A DNA stretch of 63,954 nt, filler included, from Candidatus Babelota bacterium (lineage in GTDB: Bacteria > JAGOBX01): the NCBI GenBank assembly GCA_017999075.1. It is 8 parts of 8 records of this genome, joined end to end, with 100 filler letters (N's around TTAATTAATTAA, not from the genome) between each part and the next. Parts side by side here need not be neighbours in the genome. Positions count along the whole stretch, not along the records: positions 41,512 to 49,644 come from JAGOBX010000145.1; positions 49,745 to 57,790 come from JAGOBX010000146.1; 6 more parts are not named here. The stretch is one strand, 5' to 3'. The notes beneath the pieces are model-generated. The model had not been told where the DNA came from. It saw only the letters and a program-made list of their open reading frames with translations, and made no database searches. The position numbers and the translations under genes are program-made. Shown here piece by piece: positions 41,828 to 52,224 of the stretch. Positions within the stretch are counted from its first letter, which is position 1. Every line of letters starts with the position of its first letter.

Positions 41828-43507
41828 TTGCTTATTAAAGAATTTATAGGAAACAGAATTTCTGTTATTATTAAAGAAATTTTCGGGATAGATGCCGAAG
41901 CCAAAATTGAGAATTCTAAACTTGAGAATGCAGGTGATTATTCTACGAATATTGCCATGGTAATATCCGGAAAATTAAAGCGAAAACCTATTGATACTGC
42001 TAATGAGTTAGCTTCTAAAATCAGTGAATTTGATTTCGCTGATAATACTAACGTAACAGCACCTGGTTTTATTAATTTCAGGTTAAATAAATCATTTTTA
42101 AGAAATCGGTTGGTTTTAATGTCTTCTGATTTTGAACGATATATAAAAATAAATATAGGAAATAACAAAAAATATAATATAGAATTTGTAAGCGCTAATC
42201 CTACAGGACCGTTAAATGTAGTTAATGCCAGGGCGGCTTCAACGGGTGCGGCTCTTGCTAATTTATTAAATAAAATAGGGTTTCAAACTTTTAAAGAATT
42301 TTATATAAATGATGCAGGAAACCAGATAGAAATATTCGGAAATTCTGTTAGATTGAGGTATTTGGAATTATTCGGAATTCCAATTGTTTTTCCTGAAAAT
42401 CATTATCAGGGTGATTATGTTATTGAAATATCAAAAAAAATAAAAGAAGAAGATGGCGATAAATATCTTAAAAATACTGAATGCGAACAAAAAAAAGTTT
42501 TTAAGGATAGAGCCAGAGAAATTGTTGTGAACTGGCAAAAGAGAACTCTTGAAAAATATAATATATATTATGATAAATGGTACAGTGAATATAATGAACT
42601 TCATCTGACAGGAAAAGTCTATGATACTCTTGAAATAATTAAAAATAAAGATTTATGTTACCAGGAAGAAGGGGCAGTTTGGCTGAAAACCAAGCAATAT
42701 GGAGATGAAAAAGACCGTGCTTTAAAAAAAAATAACGGATTACCCACTTATTTTTTAACTGATATAGCGTATCATAAAGATAAATTTGACCGCGGTTTTG
42801 ATTATGTTTTGGATTTATGGGGACCTGATCATCACGGACACATTAAACGGACAGAAATAGCATTAAAATCAATGGGGTTGAATGCAGAAAATTTTAAGGT
42901 TATGATAATCCAGCAGGTGAATTTTATTGATAATGGCGAACATTTAAAAATGTCTAAAAGAAAAGGGCAAATAATAACATTGGATGAACTTATGAATGAA
43001 ATTCCTGATGATGTTTCTAAATTTTTCTTTTTAATGAGAAACAGCGATAGTCATCTTGATTTTGACATTCAGCTTGCAAAAACTGAATCAAATGAAAATC
43101 CTGTTTATTATATTCAGTATGCTTATGCTAGAATCAGAAGTATTTTCAGAAAATTTGAAAATGAAAATAAAAGCAGGTTTGATAATTTTAAAATATTTTA
43201 TGAACAAATCAGAATTAAAGGACTTAATATTGTTGGAAACGAAGAAGAAGAAAAGGAACTTATTAAAACTTTGACTATATATCCCGAAGAGATAAAGCTT
43301 GCGGCATTGACATTACAACCACACAGGATAACAAATTATTTGCGTAAACTGGCAGGAGATTTTCATTCGTTTTATAATAAGCTTCAGATATTAAATTGCG
43401 ATAATTCAATGAATGAATTTGAAAGGCTTGTACTTGTTGACTGCGTAAGTAAAGTTATTAAAGACGGATTAACTCTTTTGAATATTTCTTCTCCGGAAAA
43501 AATGTAA
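41828..43507 (+). CDS. argS: Arginine--tRNA ligase
   Basis: 'GDYSTN', 'PGFINF', 'EFVSANPTGPL', 'DIAYH', 'WGPDHHG', 'KMSKRKG', 'YIQYAYAR', 'PEKM'; TTG start after GGAGA. Confidence 0.97.
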   Translation: MLIKEFIGNRISVIIKEIFGIDAEAKIENSKLENAGDYSTNIAMVISGKLKRKPIDTANELASKISEFDFADNTNVTAPGFINFRLNKSFLRNRLVLMSSDFERYIKINIGNNKKYNIEFVSANPTGPLNVVNARAASTGAALANLLNKIGFQTFKEFYINDAGNQIEIFGNSVRLRYLELFGIPIVFPENHYQGDYVIEISKKIKEEDGDKYLKNTECEQKKVFKDRAREIVVNWQKRTLEKYNIYYDKWYSEYNELHLTGKVYDTLEIIKNKDLCYQEEGAVWLKTKQYGDEKDRALKKNNGLPTYFLTDIAYHKDKFDRGFDYVLDLWGPDHHGHIKRTEIALKSMGLNAENFKVMIIQQVNFIDNGEHLKMSKRKGQIITLDELMNEIPDDVSKFFFLMRNSDSHLDFDIQLAKTESNENPVYYIQYAYARIRSIFRKFENENKSRFDNFKIFYEQIRIKGLNIVGNEEEEKELIKTLTIYPEEIKLAALTLQPHRITNYLRKLAGDFHSFYNKLQILNCDNSMNEFERLVLVDCVSKVIKDGLTLLNISSPEKM

Positions 43508-43559
43508 TATACAAATTAAGAGATTTATTATAAAATAAAAATTAATATTTATTAAAGTC

Positions 43560-43952
43560 ATGGAGGGAAAATTGAGAAAAATAGCTGTTATAGACGATGA
43601 TTATAATTTGAGAAAACTTGTAACAAATGTTGTTGAACGTGAAATAGGAGTTGCAGCTGTGTCTTTTCCTCCTATGCTTGAGCTTATTACGATTTTTAAA
43701 GAGAATAAGTTTGATTTACTTATAATAGATTATTTAATGCCGAATATTGACGGACTTGAATTAATATTGAATTTCTTAAGTGAAAATAATAAAATTCCTG
43801 TAATACTTACGACTGGTTATCCTGACATTGAACAAGTTCAAGTTCTTAAAAATAATGAACAAAAATGGAATATCCGATGTCTTAAAAAACCATTTTCAAT
43901 TGAAGAAATGCTGAGAATGGTAAAAGACGCTTTAACTGCCGGAGGAAAATAA
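43560..43952 (+). CDS. Single-domain response regulator (REC)
   Basis: 'VIDDD', 'IIDYLMPNIDG', 'TTGY', 'KPF'. Confidence 0.9.
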   Translation: MEGKLRKIAVIDDDYNLRKLVTNVVEREIGVAAVSFPPMLELITIFKENKFDLLIIDYLMPNIDGLELILNFLSENNKIPVILTTGYPDIEQVQVLKNNEQKWNIRCLKKPFSIEEMLRMVKDALTAGGK

Positions 43953-44182
43953 TGATGAAAATATCTGATGAAGCAGTTAGAGCTCTGGAAATGCAGATAG
44001 AATCCTATAAAAACCGGATTTCAACATATAACATATCTATAGAGAAACTTTCTAAAATGCCTGAAAATGAAGTAGTTAAAAAAAGTATAGATGGTTATAA
44101 AAAACAGGTTGAATTTCTTAAAGAAAAAATTTTTTGTCTGGAAAGTGATCTTGTAATTATAAAAAAAATACGAGAAGAATAG
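43952..44182 (+). CDS. Small coiled-coil hypothetical protein
   Basis: GGAGG RBS, TAATG overlap with the upstream gene, heptad pattern. Confidence 0.65.
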   Translation: MMKISDEAVRALEMQIESYKNRISTYNISIEKLSKMPENEVVKKSIDGYKKQVEFLKEKIFCLESDLVIIKKIREE

Positions 44183-44200
44183 TTAAGATAAAAAAGATTA

Positions 44201-45436
44201 TTGATGAAAATTAATTTTATTGTTCAAGGTTATTATCCTGCAATAGGCGGGAGTGAATTTTTACTGCAGAACCTTGCCGAAACTTTAAGCTGCAAATATG
44301 ATCATATATGTAAAGTATTTACAACAAATACTTATTCTTGCGACGCATTTAATGACCCCGAATTACCCCGTATGAATATAGGAAAAAAAAACATTAATGG
44401 AGTTGAAATATACAGATATAATATTAGCGGGAAATACGGAACAATTTTTAAAAAGTTTGAAGAAATGTGCAGCAATAATAATTTAAGGGTTACAGATTTT
44501 GTCCGTATGCTTCATTCAGGACCGAGATCATTTGATTTGTATTGGTCGTTATTAAATGAAAAATGTGATTTGATATTTGCTTCTTCATTTCCCTTAATGC
44601 ACATATTAGTAAGTTACTGGATAACGAAATTTTGCGGTAGAAAAATTATTATACAGGGGAATTTTCACATTGACGATTGTTTTTTTGATAATGAATTGAA
44701 CAGAAAAATAGTGAAAAACTGCGATGGATATATATGCAATACTAAAGTTGAATACGATTATTTTATAAAAAACGGAGTATCTTCTGAAAAATTGGAAATA
44801 ATACCTCCTGCTATTGTTTCCATTAAGAATAATTTGGATTTAAAAATTAAACCTCGCGAATTGTTGAAATTGCCTGATAAAACCATAATTTTATATTTTG
44901 GTCAATTATTGAAAAATAAAAATATAGATATGCTTTTAGATGGATTTTGTGAGATTGCAGAGAAGAATAAAGATATCTGTATAGTTTTTGGAGGAAGCGG
45001 GTATTCAAAATATTATATTGAATTAAAAAAAAAAGTTATGGAGTTTAATTCTGACATTTCTGAAAGAATATATTTTTTTCTGAATGTTGATGAAATAACA
45101 AAAGATTTAATTTACAGATGTGCTGATATATTTGTTTTTCCTTCATTATTTGAATCTTTCGGTATATCTTTAATAGAAGCGTGGTCATATAAATTGCCTG
45201 TTATTGCAAGTGATTTGGAACAAATAAAAGATACTGTAAAAGACAAATTTACCGGATTAATATTTAACCGCTATAATAAAAATGATTTAATAGATAAGAT
45301 GCAGATCCTTATAATGAACAGCGATATCAGGGAAACATTGAGGGAAAACGGGTATAATGAATTTTTAAAAAAGTTTGAAAAAGAAAAATTGGGAGAAAAA
45401 ACAGAAAAGTTTTTAAATAAAATAATGTGTCAATAA
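44201..45436 (+). CDS. Glycosyltransferase family 4
   Basis: 'YYPAIGGSE', 'FPSLFESFGISLIEAW'. Confidence 0.9.
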   Translation: MMKINFIVQGYYPAIGGSEFLLQNLAETLSCKYDHICKVFTTNTYSCDAFNDPELPRMNIGKKNINGVEIYRYNISGKYGTIFKKFEEMCSNNNLRVTDFVRMLHSGPRSFDLYWSLLNEKCDLIFASSFPLMHILVSYWITKFCGRKIIIQGNFHIDDCFFDNELNRKIVKNCDGYICNTKVEYDYFIKNGVSSEKLEIIPPAIVSIKNNLDLKIKPRELLKLPDKTIILYFGQLLKNKNIDMLLDGFCEIAEKNKDICIVFGGSGYSKYYIELKKKVMEFNSDISERIYFFLNVDEITKDLIYRCADIFVFPSLFESFGISLIEAWSYKLPVIASDLEQIKDTVKDKFTGLIFNRYNKNDLIDKMQILIMNSDIRETLRENGYNEFLKKFEKEKLGEKTEKFLNKIMCQ

Positions 45437-45549
45437 TCTGAAACCAGTATAATACGATGAGAAATATTCGGAAAATTAAAATAAGAAAATTTTTTTTATC
45501 AGGATTTAATAAGAAATCAAAAAAAAATGTATAATTGGTATAAGTAAAT

Positions 45550-46953
45550 ATGTTCGAAAAAATATTTAAGTTATCTGAAAATAAAGTTACGGTTAAAACT
45601 GAAGTTATATCAGGAATAATTACTTTTTTAACTATGTCTTATATTATATTTGTCCAACCTGCAGTACTATCAGGAGTTATGTTTAATTTTCAAACAGGTA
45701 TGGATTTCGGAGCATTGACGTCTGCTACTTGTCTAAGCGCGGCAATAGCGTCATTTTTGATGGGGGTTTACGCAAATTATCCGATATCTTTAGCCCCTGG
45801 AATGGGAGAAAACTTTTTTTTTGTATTTACGGCAATACCTGCGGCAGCAGCAGCCGGATTCGTTAATGTATGGCAGACTGCTCTTGGTGTTGTTTTTATA
45901 TCAGGGATAATTTTTTTTATTATATCCTTAGCAGATGTCAGAAATGTTATATTCAACACAATAAGTCCAAGTTTAAAAAACGGCATTGCAGTGGGAATCG
46001 GTTTGTTTATTGCTTTCATAGGCCTTCAGAATTCTACGATAATAATTAAAGATCCCGGCACTACTGTAAAGTTGAATCCGCATTTCAATTCGCCTGATAT
46101 TATAGTATTTTATTTTGGCTTATTTATTACTGCTGCTCTTTATGTGAGGCGAATTAAAGGGGCAATACTATGGGGAATTATATGTTCTACAGCATTTGCT
46201 GTTTTATTAAAAATGATTTTTGTTGAAATTAACGCATTTTCTACAAATAAAATTATAGCCGAATCAATGCTTATGAAATGGTTTGTTATTGCTGACAGTA
46301 TTTTTTCAGCTCCTCCATCATTAGGCCCTTTATTTTTAAAAATGGATTTGAAAGCTGCTTTATCAGCTGCCATGTTTCCTATGATAATAATTTTTTTGTT
46401 TATGGATATTTTTGATACAATGGGAACAGTAGTTGGAGTTTCCGAACAGGCAGGTTTTATTAAAGATAATAAATTGCCAAGGATTAAACGAGTATTCATG
46501 GCTGATGCAGTTGGAACTTTGGTGGGAGCAGTATTCGGAACAAGCACAGTAACAAGTTATATTGAAAGCTGCGCCGGAATAGAGCATGGCGGCAGGACAG
46601 GTCTTACTGCAGTAACAGTATCGTTATTATTTATTATAGCTTTGTTTTTTACTCCAATTATAAAAATGGTTGGAAGTTACCCTGTTATAACAGCGCCGTC
46701 GCTTGTTATAGTAGGTTCATTGATGATTCGTAATATTTTGAAAATTCAATGGGATGACTTCAGTGAATTATTTCCTGCTTTTTTAGCAATGATAGGAATA
46801 CCGTTAAGTTATTCTATTGCAGATGGACTTGCTATTGGATTTATATGTTATCCATTAATAAAATTATTCGGCGGAAAATCAAAAGAAGTTCCAATAATGA
46901 TGTACGTATTATGTCTTGTATTTATTTTTTATTTTATAATGTTCAGAGGATAA
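45550..46953 (+). CDS. NCS2/AzgA-type purine permease
   Basis: 'TFLTMSYIIFVQP', 'LAPGMGEN', 'DIFDTMGT', 'TSYIESCAG...GGRTGL'. Confidence 0.92.
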   Translation: MFEKIFKLSENKVTVKTEVISGIITFLTMSYIIFVQPAVLSGVMFNFQTGMDFGALTSATCLSAAIASFLMGVYANYPISLAPGMGENFFFVFTAIPAAAAAGFVNVWQTALGVVFISGIIFFIISLADVRNVIFNTISPSLKNGIAVGIGLFIAFIGLQNSTIIIKDPGTTVKLNPHFNSPDIIVFYFGLFITAALYVRRIKGAILWGIICSTAFAVLLKMIFVEINAFSTNKIIAESMLMKWFVIADSIFSAPPSLGPLFLKMDLKAALSAAMFPMIIIFLFMDIFDTMGTVVGVSEQAGFIKDNKLPRIKRVFMADAVGTLVGAVFGTSTVTSYIESCAGIEHGGRTGLTAVTVSLLFIIALFFTPIIKMVGSYPVITAPSLVIVGSLMIRNILKIQWDDFSELFPAFLAMIGIPLSYSIADGLAIGFICYPLIKLFGGKSKEVPIMMYVLCLVFIFYFIMFRG

Positions 46954-47030
46954 TATAATATAATAAAAGTTGTTTTTTTTAAATTAAATTATAGAATCAA
47001 AAACGATTATTAAAAAAATGAAGGTGTTTT

Positions 47031-47936
47031 TTGAAAAAAATCGGATTCAGATGTTATTATAGGGATAAAACAAATTTTGCTGTTTTACAAAGTAATTCAA
47101 TTGAAATTAAACTTAACGATTGGGTGTTGATAAAGTTTAAGGGGAATACTATAGATATAGGTAAAATAGTTTATCTGCCAAATTGTGATTCTGCATCTTC
47201 GTGTAAACATGAAGACGTTCAAAGCGATATGCCTGTAATAATAAAACATGCCGAAGATTCAGATATAAAACAAAAAGAATCGGCATATAGTTTCTGCAAA
47301 GATGCGTTATCAAAATGTTATGAACAAATAAAAAAACATAAACTCCCAATGTTTTTACTTGATGCGCATTTAACTTTAGATAAATCCCGTTTGACTTTTT
47401 TTTTCAGCGCTAACGGAAGAATAGATTTTCGTGATTTGGTAAAAGACCTTGCGCAAATTTTTAAAACACGAATAGAATTGTTTCAGGTTGGAGTTCGCGA
47501 TGAAAGCAAAAGAATAGGAGGTATCGGTATTTGCGGACGTTCCGTATGCTGCTCGAGTTTTTTATATGATTTTACCAGTGTTACTATAAAGATGGCTAAA
47601 AATCAAAATTTAAATTTGACGCCAACCAAAATTTCCGGCATATGCGGCAGGCTTTTATGCTGCCTGTCTTATGAAAATGAATACTATATTGAACAATTAA
47701 AAAAGTTCCCGCCACAAAATTGTATGTTCAAAGTCAATGAAAATACGGGAAAAATAATAAACTTTAATGTGATAACATCTACAATTACTTATGCAATTAA
47801 CAATGGATATACAAAAGAATTGCCGTTAGATGAATTTTTAAAAAATTATGGAAATACTTTGATTTATTCTAAACATTATGAAAAACATGATGATGAACAT
47901 ATAAGTCAGGAATTAAAGGAACTTGAAGGCGATTAA
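47031..47936 (+). CDS. ricT: RicT/YaaT (PSP1-domain) Fe-S protein
   Basis: 'RIDFRDLVKDLA', 'GGIGICGRSVCC', 'KISGICGRLLCCLSYE'. Confidence 0.92.
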   Translation: MKKIGFRCYYRDKTNFAVLQSNSIEIKLNDWVLIKFKGNTIDIGKIVYLPNCDSASSCKHEDVQSDMPVIIKHAEDSDIKQKESAYSFCKDALSKCYEQIKKHKLPMFLLDAHLTLDKSRLTFFFSANGRIDFRDLVKDLAQIFKTRIELFQVGVRDESKRIGGIGICGRSVCCSSFLYDFTSVTIKMAKNQNLNLTPTKISGICGRLLCCLSYENEYYIEQLKKFPPQNCMFKVNENTGKIINFNVITSTITYAINNGYTKELPLDEFLKNYGNTLIYSKHYEKHDDEHISQELKELEGD

Positions 47937-47982
47937 AAATATAAATTATTCCAAATAAAATATTCTAACTAATAAATAAGTA

Positions 47983-48393
47983 ATGTCTGACTTTTTATTG
48001 TTAAAAATAAAAAAATTGAAAATTTTTCAAAAATTAAATATATTTGATATTGCAGTTATAATTGGCAGCATATTTTTATCTATTATACAACTTCCGTTTT
48101 TATTTACCAGCTCTCCTTATAATAGGGGTTTTTTTAAAATATTAGACTGGATTGGTATATTTTTATTTATTCCTTTTGCGTTATTAAAACGTTTTCTTGA
48201 AAGTAAACTGAGTTTAATCAATGATGCGGCGAACATAACTGTTTGTTATTTAATTACTTTATCTGTATTTTTTTTTATTGCTGCAGTAATAAGAAAAAAA
48301 GTTTTTTTTGGAAAGACACAAATGTTTTTAATAGCTTTATTTATAGCGATATATTTTTTTATTTCAATTTTATCATTGAATAAATTGATGTGA
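47983..48393 (+). CDS. Hypothetical membrane protein (about 4 TM)
   Basis: Hydrophobic segments; fills the space between co-oriented genes. Confidence 0.6.
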   Translation: MSDFLLLKIKKLKIFQKLNIFDIAVIIGSIFLSIIQLPFLFTSSPYNRGFFKILDWIGIFLFIPFALLKRFLESKLSLINDAANITVCYLITLSVFFFIAAVIRKKVFFGKTQMFLIALFIAIYFFISILSLNKLM

Positions 48394-49118
48394 TTTTAAA
48401 TTATATAAAATCAGTTAAAATCAAACAGGGAGAGTTGAGTTCGATAAATAAAATAGGCATTCAAAAAGAAAGATCATTGCACAGCGCTGTGAAAAAATTG
48501 TATTCAGAACCAGGGGATTTGATTGAACATAAAATCGGAAAATATGTCATAGATATAGTCAGAAATGATTTGCTTATTGAAATTCAAACTTCGAATTTTT
48601 CCGCTATAAAAAAAAAATTAAGCGATTTGATTAATAATTATAAAATTCTGGTTGTTTACCCGATTGCTGAACTTAAAACTATAACTAAGGTTTCAGATTC
48701 TGGAGAAATTTTATCTTCAAGAAAATCTCCAAAAAAATTTTGTTTATACGATGTTTTTGATGAATTGATCAATATAAGAAATTTTTTAAATCATAAAAAT
48801 TTTTCTTTAGAAGTTTTAATAATTAATGAAGAACAAATAAGAAAAAATGATGGGCAAGGGAGCTGGAGAAGAAGGGGAATCAGTTTGATTGACAGAAAAC
48901 TTGTTGGAATTAAAGAAAAAAAAGTTTTTGTTTCATCCGAAGATTTTAAAAAATTTATTCCGAAAAAATTAAAAAAACCATACTCTAATAAAACATTTGC
49001 TGAAAAAACCGGAATATCGATTTATAAAAGCAGAAAAGTAAACTATGTTTTAAAGTCGATGGGAATTATAAACATTTGCGGAAAAAATAAAAATGAATTG
49101 TTATTTGATTTTTCATGA
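48390..49118 (+). CDS. PD-(D/E)xK nuclease-fold hypothetical protein with possible C-terminal HTH
   Basis: 'ERSLHSAVK...IEH...YVIDIVRNDLLIEIQT' restriction-endonuclease-like pattern. Confidence 0.55.
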   Translation: MILNYIKSVKIKQGELSSINKIGIQKERSLHSAVKKLYSEPGDLIEHKIGKYVIDIVRNDLLIEIQTSNFSAIKKKLSDLINNYKILVVYPIAELKTITKVSDSGEILSSRKSPKKFCLYDVFDELINIRNFLNHKNFSLEVLIINEEQIRKNDGQGSWRRRGISLIDRKLVGIKEKKVFVSSEDFKKFIPKKLKKPYSNKTFAEKTGISIYKSRKVNYVLKSMGIINICGKNKNELLFDFS

Positions 49119-49336
49119 TTAAATTAATGTTAGAAACACTGAAAAATGACTGTAATATAAACTACTGAAATGGCAAAATACGTAAACTAAGAAATTTATG
49201 ATTATATTGCCAAAAGGAAAACATGAAATCACCTTTAAAACCAGTAACGCTTCATAAGGAACACACTGCGAATCAGGGAAAAAACAAATATAAAAAAATA
49301 AACTTTAAATACAATGGGAAAGATTATAAGTCTGCG

Positions 49337-49644
49337 CTATTTTATTTTCTGCAATTCAAGCATTGCCTCTTTTTCTGCTACAGATAATTCTTTTAAAATA
49401 TCAGAAGCTCTTGACAAATATTTTTTATCCGCTGTTTTACCGGCTTCATTTATTAAACTCGAAACTTCAAACCATTTTAACGCTATATCGCAAAATTTTC
49501 TATATCCGTTTTCAATATGTTCATTCGGATATATTTCTAAACTTTCTTTAAGGAAATCACGATATATATTTCTAAACAGTGAACCGCCAGTTCCGGCTTT
49601 TTCCATTAACAATGCAGCCAATGTTAAATCTTTTTTTATATCAC
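49337..49644 (-). CDS. BtrH/DUF4872-type protein, C-terminal fragment (5' truncated)
   Basis: 'MEKAGTGGSLFRNIYRDFLKE...IA.KW...EKEAM.EL'; frame open to the contig edge. Confidence 0.7.
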
Positions 49645-49744
49645 NNNNNNNNNNNNNNNNNNNNNNNNNNNNNNNNNNNNNNNNNNNNTTAATTAATTAA
49701 NNNNNNNNNNNNNNNNNNNNNNNNNNNNNNNNNNNNNNNNNNNN
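49645..49744. other. Artificial contig linker
   Basis: N44-TTAATTAATTAA-N44. Confidence 0.99.
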
Positions 49745-51552
49745 GTGATGAATTTTAATTCTATTTTATATTTTTTTTTCTTATCAGAAATAATTTTTTC
49801 TGCAACTGAATTCAGAGTATTTTTAGCATTTTCATTTAATGCAGCAGAATTATAATCAAATTGAACCAGAAAATAATTTTCATTTTTTGAATCAAAAGGT
49901 TTCATCAAAAATGACAATGGGGATAAAACTGTTTTCCCGATAATTTTCCATACTGCTTTTGAATAACTGAATTCCATATCGTCGAGTTTTCCTTTTACAG
50001 GAATTTCAAGTTTTACAACACCGTTTTTATCTTTTAATTTTTTTAAAGCAAATTCAAGAGGTATGTCGAAAATATCATTTATTTTTTTTATTTCAGGATT
50101 ATAAATTAATAATGTATTCGTAGAAATTATTTCAGAATCATTTATTTCAGTACTGTTATTTATATCAATTTTTCCGAGATTAAACCTGTATCCGGTATAA
50201 TCTTTGAAATAAGGATTAAAATTAGGAAGAGATAAATTTTTAGCATTAAATTTTGTTGAAAAATTCAATTTATTTCTATATATCAAATTTGCCTCAAGGC
50301 TGCCTGAACCATTTATCAAAGATTTTATATCAATATCTGTATAAAAATTGTTTTTGTCATAAACTAAATTTTCTGTTTTTAAAAACACACTATCAAAAGA
50401 TATAGACAATGTATCTGTTTTCAACCCTATTTTAAAAACAAGATTGGAATTTTGAAACGATAAATTTTTGATAATTGTGTTATAGATATAAGATGAATCA
50501 ATAGAATCAGGAGCATAGTGTTCGTCTGAATAAGAAAAGGTATCGGATTTTTCTTTTATATAATCTGATGTATCAGATAAAGATTCATAATTTACTTTAA
50601 AATCAGTTTTAAAATATAAATGATTAGCTTCAAAATTTTCAACAGTAATTTTTTTTTTGACAGAATTGTATTCGGAAATATCAACTATTAAATTTCTGAA
50701 TCCGATGGTTTGATTTTTATAATCAAAAGTTCCATTTTTACAATTCAATTTGCATAAAAAATTAAATTCGCTGAATTTTCTATATATCGAACCTTTTATA
50801 AAACCGCTATTATTTAAACCGTATAAATCTGCTCCTGTAAATGATTTTATAGTGTTTTTTAATAAAGTAAAATCCAAGTTCTCCATTGATATATTGAAAT
50901 CGATATTTTCATTTTCTATATTCAAACCTATAAATCCATTTATTTTTCCGCGCGATATTTTAGAATCAAATAGAATATTAATTCGTTTGGTTAAATTAGT
51001 AAATTCATTGATTTTAATAGTGGTGTTTTTTAAAGTTAGTTTATCCGAATCATAAACTAATTCGATTTCAGAATTTGTAACTTCAATATTTTTAAATGAA
51101 TATTTTTTATTAAAATCATCAAAAGAATCGACAGGCCGGTCAGATTGTGTAGTTATTTTTTTTCCGTTTTGATCTGAACTTCCCAGATAATCAAGATTTG
51201 TTTTTCCTTGAGAAATATTAAGTTTGAGTTTCATACCGTCTATTTTGAGAAAGGTTACGTCTATAGTATTATTCTTTAAAATATTCCAGAGTCCAAGATT
51301 TATGCGTATAGATTTGATTTCAATTTCAGGTTTTGCCGAACTATTTAATATTTTCAAATCGGAAATTTTTATTTCGCCGTTTGTAACGCTGAAATCAATA
51401 TCCGCTATTTTGATTTTTTTGTTATATTCTTTAAACTGGGTTTTTAAATAATACGGGATAATTTTAGAAACATAAGGGACATTGTCTATTGAAGAAACAA
51501 TGATTAAAATTGAAATCAATAATATTTTTTTTAATAAAATGACTGAACTCAT
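49745..51552 (-). CDS. DUF748/AsmA-like envelope protein with the start of an OmpA-like domain (3' truncated)
   Basis: N-terminal TM, beta-taco-like strands, 'FNPYF..Y.GY...GKI', 'LKDKNGVVKLEIPVKGKLDD', 'VLSPLSFL', then 'QFDYNSAAL'. Confidence 0.8.
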
Positions 51553-51607
51553 AAATTTTTATAAAATAAATAATTAATACGGTATTAAAATTTTTTTGCG
51601 GGCTATG

Positions 51608-52210
51608 TTACTTTGTCGGCAGTGAATAATAATATTTATAACTTTCATCATAATCAATAATTTTCACTTTGTATTTTTTTATTGAAGAAACTGCGCCTAT
51701 AACAATAACTTTATTTTTGTTTATTACACCGAAATATTCGCCACGTTTAGTTGAACCAAGTATTTCAATATTATATTCGCTATCCAATTCAATCACAGTT
51801 TCATCGGTTTTAGAAGCGACATTATCTATTTTTTTTATTAGATCTGCTTTAGCAGATTTGCCCGATTTTGTAAAATCTGTAATTTTGACCAGTATTTTAT
51901 CTCCGAGTTCAACGTCATCGTTTATTAAAACCCTGAAATTGTTAATAAGTCCGTAATAGTTTTTTCCGGTTTTTCCGATCACAATCATTTCGTATTCTTT
52001 ATCAATTTCAGGCAGCGGCAGATTTTCTTCCTCAGAAGATTCCGAAAGATATAATTTAAAATCGTCGTTTTTGTTTTGTAATTCCTGTTTTTCGAAATCT
52101 TCAAGTAATTTAACAGATGGATTTGAACTGCACGAGCTTATAAATATAATTATAAAAATCAGTATTATATTTTTATAAATCCAGTCATTTTTCATTTTTA
52201 TATTCCGCAT
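51608..52210 (-). CDS. Lipoprotein with two TRAM-like domains
   Basis: Lipobox 'ISSC' (likely start 52195) and two ~60-aa repeats 'EY.(M/I)...G......G.IN...V.........(V)KI.D'. Confidence 0.6.
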   Translation of the reverse strand: MRNIKMKNDWIYKNIILIFIIIFISSCSSNPSVKLLEDFEKQELQNKNDDFKLYLSESSEEENLPLPEIDKEYEMIVIGKTGKNYYGLINNFRVLINDDVELGDKILVKITDFTKSGKSAKADLIKKIDNVASKTDETVIELDSEYNIEILGSTKRGEYFGVINKNKVIVIGAVSSIKKYKVKIIDYDESYKYYYSLPTK

Positions 52211-52224
52211 TTATAGGGTTTATT

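Noticed and set aside
45437-45549. Purine riboswitch upstream of the NCS2 permease
   Set aside because: The region is short and lacks the conserved aptamer core and P1-P3 stems.
16644-49744. ORF-track proteins ending in XXXX-LIN or XXXX-N, and apparent truncated genes or pseudogenes at junctions
   Set aside because: These are read-through into linkers. secF, pgk, ntrC, the htpX-like gene, wzt, tsaC and the DUF748 gene are cut by contig ends, not by mutation.
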